From assembly GCA_025594325.1 (NCBI GenBank), contig JANHCV010000001.1:62001-126000 (forward strand): DNA of 64,000 nucleotides, given 5' to 3'. Origin of the DNA: Blastocladiella emersonii ATCC 22665. Its lineage: Eukaryota > Fungi > Blastocladiomycota. The position numbers and the translations under genes were made by a program. The notes beneath the pieces were generated by a model that saw only the letters and a list, made by a program, of their open reading frames with translations, was not told the DNA's origin and searched no databases. This document shows, in pieces, positions 56,066 to 64,000 of the stretch; positions within the stretch are counted from its first letter, which is position 1, and every line of letters begins with the position of its first letter.

Positions 56066-58585
56066 ATGGCCACCGATCCCGCTTTGCGCATCGCCGAGGA
56101 GTTTCAGGTCCTGCAGGCGCGCAGCCAGGACCTCTTCAGCGGCCTTCGGTAGGCATCACACTCTATGCTGCTATTGCACGGCAGCAGGTCGCTGATTCTC
56201 CACAGGGACCTCGCGTCGCACACCCCGCCCAAGGCGTGGAGGCCCTACTTCCAGCGCGCTTTTGCCGTCTTTACCAAGCTGTGGAAGTTCCAGCAGCTCC
56301 ACCGCCTGACACTCGAGAAGGAGGAGTCGTACGGCCTCAAGCGCCACGAGGTGGGCGAGATTGCTTCCAGGATTGGCCAGCTCTACTACCAGTACGTCCG
56401 AGCCGCGTCACGTCGCGCTGTTCAGCGCCAAGAGCTAACTCTGCATTTTCTCACTCGCCTCCACACAGCTACTAGTGCATTTCTCGCTCCTCCGCCTCGC
56501 CGCATCAGCGACTCTTTGGCTGAACTAACCATACTCGAGTAGCCTGCGCACCTCGGACACGTCGTTCCTCGTTGAGGCCTACACCTTCTACGAAGCGATA
56601 TGGGACCGCAACTACTTCCAGGACGTCATGGCGACGAGAATGTGCGCTTCGTGTTTTTTTTTTTTTTTTAACCTCGCAGCCTCCCCTGCAAACTCACTCT
56701 TGCGCGCCCTGTTGGTCGATGCGGCGGCCGTAGAACACACGTCGCTTCGAAGCGGCTACGGTACTGTTCGCGCTTCATGATCGTGGCCCTACTCGCGGGT
56801 CGGTGGGACCGAGCTCAGGCCCTCGCCATCGAGATGAAGCGCTTTGTCGACGAGTTTGCAGATATGCTGGACCCGACCGACAAGGAAGGTTGGGGCATGG
56901 TCTACGCGGAGATAGCGGGGTTTCTCGACGTACGTAACCTCCCACTTGGCTCGATCATTGGGTTCACCTCACATGTCATGCTTGGCTCTCTGTAGTCGCT
57001 CCTCCTGGCGTCGGGCAGCGCCGTAATGCGGCAGAACCCTGCCGGTACCCGCCTTCCGCCGCACGATCCGTCCCGCGGAAAGACGCTAGTCAAGAAGGCC
57101 GTGATCTGCGGGTGCTGGTCGCACCAGCCAAGCTTTTCCGAACTCTCTCTTGGTGCGCATACTTGCTGTCGTACGCGGGCAAGACTTGGCATATCGTAAC
57201 GCGCGCGTCTCCTAGACATGTTCCGCATCCTGCAGCTGCTCGAGCGCGAGCCCGTCCGCGGCGCCACCACCAACGACGACGACGCCACGGACTGCCCACC
57301 CAAATACCTGCTGCACCTCCCTGCGGCCTCCAACATCCTCGCACATCTCGCGCTCTCAGTCAAGGTACGAGTGTCAGCATCGCCCTGGCACCGTCGCGTG
57401 CGCCTGTTTACAGCTCAAACTTACCTCTTCCACTTGATTGCGCGTAGGAACTCTCGCCCACCGACTACATGTTCTTCTACTTTTCTGGGCCTGGTCGTCT
57501 TGCGAGTGGTGCTTCCACCTCCATGGATCTACTGCATCTCGGCGTCGATACCAAGGAGATTGTCGCCTCCGCGGATTCGGGTACGAACGGCACCGCCGCG
57601 GGCAACGAGCACCTCCACGAGCACCGCCTCCACCTCTCGGATGTGCTGTCTTTTCTGCGCAGGCCCTTCTTCGGCGTCATTGATTGCCCAGCTGCCCACG
57701 CGTTCCGGGTACGCTGTCATAACTCGCGTGTGTGTGCGAAACCTGTCGTGCACTCCTGCTAACTGCTACGCGTCCCCACCCGCCGCTTCTCCACGTACCA
57801 CGTGTAGAAAATTCCGAAACTCTACCAGGCCTCGTTCATGTTCCTTTGCTCGCCGCAAGAGTACCCTGAGCGAGAACGAGGTACGCCCATCAACCTTAGA
57901 TCAGCCGTCCCTGTGTCTCACGGTCGAATGACTTTTCCCTGTGCCCGCCCCCGCGCTCGTTTCTCGGTCTGGTGTAGTCCGCTTCGAGCTTCGGAACACC
58001 GGATCCATCTTCACCCTCTTCCTAGCGCAGCCGCTCACTGCTATCGTCGAGCTCTGTGGGCTGCCCCCGATCGGGTCCACAGAATGGGACCTTGCACGCG
58101 CGGCCGCCACGGAATGGGAGCAGGATATCCTCACAGCGCTGGTCAAGCACGACGATACGCGTACGTTCTTTCTATTTTTCGTCCTTGGCCTCATGTCCGC
58201 GCACATTCTCCAATCGACCACACACACGCGACCACCGACCAACTGCATGGGGGCTTACCTCGTGCGCAACGCTCCTCGTCTAGCCGCATTCCTCCTCTCG
58301 ATCCTCGGCGACGACTTTCTATCGCGTTTCGTGGTTCGGTTCGTCGTGTGCCGCGTCGTCCTCACGCATCACGTCCACTTTATCAAGACCACGGTTCGCA
58401 TACCTCGGTCCAAACGCTAGCACCGTCCGCCGCGTTGCTGACACTCCGCCCAACGACGAGTGTAGGAGCTGCCGTGCTGCCATCCCGATCTTTCTGACAC
58501 GCAGTGGACGGACCTCGAAGTCATCTCGCGCGAACGGTTCGGCCGCATCGTTCGTCTCCTGGATGCGACGGCGTACTTTCGATGA
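56066..58585 (+). CDS. SCAI: SCAI-like protein, many introns
   Basis: LFSGLRDL...W..YF.RAF..FTKLWKFQQ.HR....YGLKRHEVGEIASRIGQLYYQY; later MFRILQLLEREP and CGLP..G motifs; last exon 58505-58585. Confidence 0.88.
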
Positions 58586-58657
58586 TATTATATTTTCTCC
58601 CATTCTTTGATCATATCTGCTCACGTCTCTCCCTTGAACGATCCCTGGCCATTGGCC

Positions 58658-58880
58658 TGACGAAGGCCGGGCACGTCTTCACGATCGAGCCCATGATCAA
58701 CGAGGGTACCCACGCCGACGACCACTGGCCCGACCAGTGGACCGCCGTCACGCGCGACGGCAAGCGCTCGGCCCAGTTTGAGCATACGCTGCTCATCACC
58801 GAGACGGGCGTCGAGGTGCTGACCCTGCGCGACGGCCATGACGTGGTCATGGACGGCCTCGCGCCGCCCGAGCACCTCAA
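58658..58880 (+). repeat. Inverted duplicate of the MetAP1 3' coding end
   Basis: Reverse complement of 59557-59779, 223 bp with 2 mismatches by eye. Confidence 0.92.
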
Positions 58881-59531
58881 AGCCGCAGCTTGTGTCGTGA
58901 GGTTTGTCTTGTCACTGACAGCTCATCCTTGATACGCGGTGCACGCTTGTACTGGACGTATTGACACGCCAAAACGCACCACCCTTTTGATTGTTGCTCC
59001 AGATTCGGTGCTTTGACGGCCATGACAGGGGGAACTTGGGACTGTTTGCGATAATCGCAAATCGACGATGGCCGTGACCATGGCCACGGACGACGACAAT
59101 GGCCACGACGGTGGCCATCGTCGTTTAAGGGTTCAAGTCAATATTACCGGCACCCTCTCGTTAGGACCTCGTACGTGTAGCCTAAGCTTGTCTCGGTATC
59201 CTTTAAATTGATGGTTATTGTATGGAACAGGAAGCGCTCGGCGGTCGCCCAACGGGGTCAGGGCCCTGTGACGAGAAGCTGTTTGAGTCCTCCGCCAAAC
59301 TAACGTGCGTCTGTTTCTTCACTCGGATTTTCGAAATCGTGTGCCAAGTGAGACACGGTGTGAGGAAGTTTTCCGTTGAGAAGTAAGCAGCGAGGAGAGG
59401 GTGATGCGAAGGTCGCGAACCACGCGAGAGTTCGAACCCCATGCTGACGGCGGTCAGAAAGGAGAGAAACAAGATGCATCGGGGAAAAGCGAGTATATAT
59501 TGGCTCGTTCGACGTTCGTAAACAAGGATCC

Positions 59532-60826
59532 CTAAGCAGACTTCTCGAGCTCGCCCTTGAGGTGGTCGGGCGGCGCGAGGCCGTCCATGACCACGTCATG
59601 GCCGTCGCGCAGGGTCAGCACCTCGACGCCCGTCTCGGTGATGAGCAGCGTATGCTCAAACTGGGCCGAGCGCTTGCCGTCGCGCGTGACGGCGGTCCAC
59701 TGGTCGGGCCAGTGGTCGTCGGCGTGGGTACCCTCGTTGATCATGGGCTCGATCGTGAAGACGTGCCCGGCCTTCATCACGCCGATAGCCTTGTTTGCCG
59801 AATAATGAGGTACGTCGGGAGCACAGTGAAAGTAGCGGTGAATACCATGCCCACAGTACGTACGGACGACGCTGAACCCATTTCCCTTGGCCACCTTCTC
59901 GATCACGCCGCCCAAATCGCGGTACAGGACGCCCGGCTTGCACATTTCGATGGCCTGCTTGAGGCATTCGCGCGTGGTATCGACGAGGGCGCGGGCCTTG
60001 GCGTCGCGCCACGCCTTGTCGCCGATAAACACGGTCTCGTTGAGGTCGGCGTGGTACCCGTCCTTGAACACGGACACGTCGATGTTGAGGATGTCACCGT
60101 CCTGCAGCGGGCGTTGGTCGGGGATCCCGTGGCAAATGACCTCGTTGACGGAGGTGCAGCACGACTTGGGGAACCCGACGTAGTTGAGCGGCGACGGGTA
60201 CGCGCCGCGCTCGATGGTCGCGGCATGCACCACCGCGTCGATGGCGTCGGTCGTCGTGCCCGGGACAGCTGCAGCGATGCCCGCGTCGAGGACCTCGCGC
60301 GCGAGCTTGCACACCACGCGCATCTTCTCGATGGCGTCGGGCTTGAGCACCTCGATGCGGCGGACGCGCTTCTCCTTCTCCTCGGACAGCGGGCGGCCCG
60401 TCTCGGCGTAGTCGGGGCGCTCGATCCCGGCCGGGACCTCGCGGCGCGGCGACAGCGGGTACTGCGCGCGCAGCGTGCCCGTGTACTTGAAGCGGCGCTC
60501 CGCGATCCAGGGGTCGTAGATGGCGGCTATTGATGCGTAGAAGTGGGAGCAGGCACGGTGCGTGGTGTGTGGTGGCGGGAAGCTGGTGAGTGAGCCAACC
60601 GTCCTTCCTGCTCGAGCAAAGCGCGGTGCGGAGATCAGCGGCGCGTACCCTGCCCGTGAAGCTGCTTGTGCACGGCCCAGTTGGCGCGGAAGCACGCTTG
60701 CGAGCAGAAGCGTGCTGCGTCGCGCGGCAGGTCGAGCTTGATGCACGTCGGGCACACGAGCGTGGCGGGCTGCCCGCACCCGGCACCGGCGCACACCTTG
60801 CTTTCGGGCGCTGCGGCGTCGGCCAT
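59532..60826 (-). CDS. MAP1: Methionine aminopeptidase 1
   Basis: N-terminal C6H2 zinc finger exon ([17 protein letters not shown]), then [38 protein letters not shown]; one intron. Confidence 0.96.
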
Positions 60827-61109
60827 GGTCACTTGCGTCGGGTGCAGATACGTTGCAGGGCTCTGGGACCGTGCCTTTACACGCAGAAATGGACCGCGCG
60901 GGTCGCTTGCCCGCCGCGAAGGCAGCGACGCTCGCCGGACTGCTCGCCGGAGCGCGGCGCCACAACATCCCGCCCTTCATCACCTGACACGTTGCAAGGC
61001 TGGAGCAGACGCTTGGGGACGTGTCGCTCAACGAATGATATATATATCTTAATGCTCGACAAGGGACACACAGACAGCCGACCCGCTCAGCCCGGAAGCG
61101 CGGTCCCAC

Positions 61110-64000
61110 TCAGCGGCCCTGCGGGTACTGGTTGGGCGGCGACGCGCCGCCGTAGTAGGACGGGTACGGCGAGTAGCCCTGCGCCGCGCCGTTGCCGTTG
61201 ACCCCGGGCGCCGCGGCGCCGGACCCAGCGCCCGCGGGCGAGTAGACCGGCGACGACGGCGAGTAGCTCGGGCTGGTGGGCGAGTAGCTTGGCGACGTCG
61301 GCGAGTACGTGGGCGACGTGGGCGAGTAACTCGGGGAGGTCGGCGAGTAGCTTGGCGACGTGGGCGAGTAGCTGCCAGCGCCGCCAGAGACCGACGCAGC
61401 TCCGGTCGCACCGCGCGGCGAGTAGCTCGGAGACGTCGGGGAGTAGCTGGGCGACGTCGGGCTGTAGCTCGGGCTGGTAGGCGAGTAGGACGGGCTCGTC
61501 GGCGAGTAGCTTGGCGACGTGGGGCTGTAGCTCGGCGACGTCGGCGAGTACGACGGACTCGTTGGAGAGTACGACGGCGACGTGGGCGAGTAGCTGGGGC
61601 TCGTCGGCGAGTACGAGGGCGACGTTGGCGAGTAGCTCGGGGAAGTGGGCGAGTAGCTGGGCGACGTCGGGCTGTAGCTCGGACTCGTGGGCGAGTACGA
61701 CGGGCTGGTGGGCGAGTAGCTCGGGGAAGTGGGCGAGTACGACGGGCTCGTCGGCGAGTAGCTCGGCGACGTGGGGCTGTAGCTTGGCGACGTCGGCGAG
61801 TACGACGGCGAGGTCGGACTGTAGCCGGGGCTCGTCGGCGAGTAGCTCGGCGACTGCGCGCCGTACGACGGCGACTGGCCGCCGTAGGCCGGCGACATGG
61901 GCTTGTACCCGGGGCTGGCCGACGAGTACCCTGGACTCGTAGGCGAATAACTCGGGCTGGCTGCCGCGAGACCCGCACCACCGGAGCCCAGGCCGTAGCC
62001 GGGACTGCTGGCGTAGCCCGGCGAAAACCCGCCCGCACCGCCGCGCTCCATGTACCCGGGGCTCAGCGCCGACTTGGCATGGATCGACGGCGTCCAGCCG
62101 CCCGTACCACCGCCGGTCGTGTCGCCGCGGAACGGCGAGAACGAGCCGCCCGCACCAGCACCGAACCCGTGGCCCATGCTGTAGCCGGGCGAGCTGGGCC
62201 GCGTGGGCGACATGGACCCGTAGGGGGTCTGCGCTGGCGACGATGCGCCGTACGCGGACCCGGCGCCGTACGCGGCCGCATCCTCCATGCCGCCGACCAT
62301 GTGGACCTTGAGCATCTCCTCGTTGAGCAGCACGTCGAACGAGCCGGAACCGAGCGGCGCGACCTGGCCCAGGATAATGTTCTCGGCGACACCCGTGCAG
62401 TCGTCGAGGGACCCGACGCCCGCCGCGTCGACGAGAATCTCGACCGTCTCCTCGAACGAGCACCGCATGAGCGCGGACGCCTCGGTGCGGTTGATGCCGT
62501 GGCGCGTGATGGACATGAGGTACCCGCGCGACGTCATGACGTCGACCAGCATGGCGAGGTGGCGGTAGTTGACGTACGAACCGTCGCGCTCGATCACGTT
62601 GCGGATCTCCTTGAGGACCGCGGCGCGCCCGGCCTCGATCCCGAGCACCTCAATGATCTCGGTGCAGTTATTCGAGTACACGAGCTCGGGCTTGACGGAC
62701 GGGTGGCAGATGACCTCGCGCAGGTTGATGCCGTCCGTCTCGAGGATCCACCGCTCCACGTCCTCGAACTCGCCGTCGCGCGTCATGCGGCGGATGCGCT
62801 GCTTGTTCATGTACACGCGGTCAATGTGGTCGATGCCGCGCAGGCACACGCGGTCGAGGAGGACCTTCTCGAGCTCGCGCAGGAGGCGCTCCTCGTCGGC
62901 CTCGCCGTCGTCGCCGCCCATCTTGTCCTTGAGCGGGCGGCACCGGATGACGGGGTGCGACAGGTCGCCGCTGGCAATCACCTCCATCTTGGCGCCGTTC
63001 TTGGCAAAGTACTGCGAGATGATGGAGCCGACCTTGATCAGGTCGTCGAGCTCCTTGTCGACGAGCACGTCAAAGTCGAGCGTGAGGCGGAGCAGCCACG
63101 GGCTGAGAATGTCCGGGTTGGCCTCGGCCTCGATCTCGTAGTAGGACTCGACCATCTCCTTGTCCTCCTCGACCACCGACGACCGCGGGTTCGGGTCGTA
63201 GACGATCTCGGTGCGCACCGTGGCCTTGCGCAGCGACGCGTACTCGAGCTCCGACTGCACGGCCTTGGCCGCCTCCATGGACTCGGCCACGTCGTCCTGC
63301 AGGTACACGGTCAGCGACGGCGTCTTAATGTTCGTCGCAACGTTGATGATCTCCTTGAGGCGCGGCACGCCGAGCGTCACGTTCTTGGACGAGACACCGG
63401 CAAAGTGGAACGTGTTGAGCGTCATCTGCGTCGCGGGCTCGCCAATCGACTGGGCGGCAATGATGCCGACCATCTCGCCAGGGTGCACGAGCGACTGCGC
63501 GAAGCGGGTCTGGATTTCGCCGACCACGTAGTCGAAGGCGCGCGAGTCGAGGCGGTACTCCTCGAGGACGCGCTTGGTGGCGAGCGTGGACCGTACGAGC
63601 GCCTGCATGAGCAGCGTGGCGTTGCGCTGCGCCTCGACCGAGATCTTGTCCGTGCCCGGGATGACAACGAGCCCGTCGCACAGCGCCCGCACCTTCTTGA
63701 CGACGTAGTCGGGGTGCAGGTTAGACGGCTTGGACTTGTCGATCTTGAACAGGTTCTGCGCGTTCCAGATGATGCGGTTGAGGTTGCACGGCAGCGGCCA
63801 GCGCGCGTCGCCGCGCGGGAAGATCTGCTGCAGGTCGCGCCGGTCGCGCAGCAGCTGCTCGTACTCGGCGTTGAGGAGCTCCTGCACCTCGGCCGACTGC
63901 ATCTCGCGCTGGATACCGAACTCGACGGTGCCCGGCCGGAGACCGCTGCTACCGCCCACGTCCGTGACGTCGATGCGGTACCGCCGGTCAAACTTGGCGT
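61110..64000 (-). CDS. RPB1: RNA polymerase II largest subunit, 3' part (runs off the window)
   Basis: AQSIGEPATQMTLNTFHFAG, LGVPRLKEIIN, ITRHGINR, CSFEETV, ENIILGQ, YSPTSPS CTD. Confidence 0.99.
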   Translation of the reverse strand, partial: AKFDRRYRIDVTDVGGSSGLRPGTVEFGIQREMQSAEVQELLNAEYEQLLRDRRDLQQIFPRGDARWPLPCNLNRIIWNAQNLFKIDKSKPSNLHPDYVVKKVRALCDGLVVIPGTDKISVEAQRNATLLMQALVRSTLATKRVLEEYRLDSRAFDYVVGEIQTRFAQSLVHPGEMVGIIAAQSIGEPATQMTLNTFHFAGVSSKNVTLGVPRLKEIINVATNIKTPSLTVYLQDDVAESMEAAKAVQSELEYASLRKATVRTEIVYDPNPRSSVVEEDKEMVESYYEIEAEANPDILSPWLLRLTLDFDVLVDKELDDLIKVGSIISQYFAKNGAKMEVIASGDLSHPVIRCRPLKDKMGGDDGEADEERLLRELEKVLLDRVCLRGIDHIDRVYMNKQRIRRMTRDGEFEDVERWILETDGINLREVICHPSVKPELVYSNNCTEIIEVLGIEAGRAAVLKEIRNVIERDGSYVNYRHLAMLVDVMTSRGYLMSITRHGINRTEASALMRCSFEETVEILVDAAGVGSLDDCTGVAENIILGQVAPLGSGSFDVLLNEEMLKVHMVGGMEDAAAYGAGSAYGASSPAQTPYGSMSPTRPSSPGYSMGHGFGAGAGGSFSPFRGDTTGGGTGGWTPSIHAKSALSPGYMERGGAGGFSPGYASSPGYGLGSGGAGLAAASPSYSPTSPGYSSASPGYKPMSPAYGGQSPSYGAQSPSYSPTSPGYSPTSPSYSPTSPSYSPTSPSYSPTSPSYSPTSPSYSPTSPSYSPTSPSYSPTSPSYSPTSPSYSPTSPSYSPTSPSYSPTSPSYSPTSPSYSPTSPSYSPTSPSYSPTSPSYSPTSPSYSPTSPSYSPTSPSYSPRGATGAASVSGGAGSYSPTSPSYSPTSPSYSPTSPTYSPTSPSYSPTSPSYSPSSPVYSPAGAGSGAAAPGVNGNGAAQGYSPYPSYYGGASPPNQYPQGR
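61236..61844 (-). repeat. RPB1 CTD heptad array
   Basis: YSPTSPG, then 19 x YSPTSPS, then YSPR plus a 14-aa linker, then 6 further heptads. Confidence 0.95.

Overview
This is GC-rich eukaryotic DNA with short GT-AG introns. It most likely comes from an early-diverging (zoosporic-type) fungus or related opisthokont. That is inferred from a stand-alone fungal-type homoserine dehydrogenase, a YSPTSPS RPB1 CTD, and SCAI, ZnT6-like and class-A-GPCR-like genes. The window has two compartments. (1) About 1-35.2 kb is a nested transposon field: a CpG-depleted relic region, an initiator tRNA-Met, an 11.5-kb hAT-ended unit with a transposase plus a divergent unknown second gene, and Helitron2-type elements with asymmetric terminal inverted repeats (ATIRs). 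One Helitron2 carries a deleted RepHel and is inserted exactly in frame into the hAT second gene; another carries a spliced cargo gene; a third end is chimeric. The field also holds a CMC/CACTA-like transposase fragment, a DIRS1-type retroelement with complete ITR/ICR ends and an adenine methylase domain but no recognisable tyrosine recombinase, and a 5'-truncated non-LTR RT-RNase H element. (2) About 35.2-64 kb is a compact run of host genes: LRR-TM receptor-like protein, PRA1, 7TM GPCR-like, Cyp40, ZnT6-like, Tim21/Coa1-like, STE20 kinase, HOM6, S1/P1 nuclease, calcipressin, PRCC, SCAI, MetAP1 (with an inverted 223-bp duplicate of its 3' end) and the 3' part of RPB1. All calls come from reading motifs by eye; no database searches were run, and exon boundaries are approximate unless stated.
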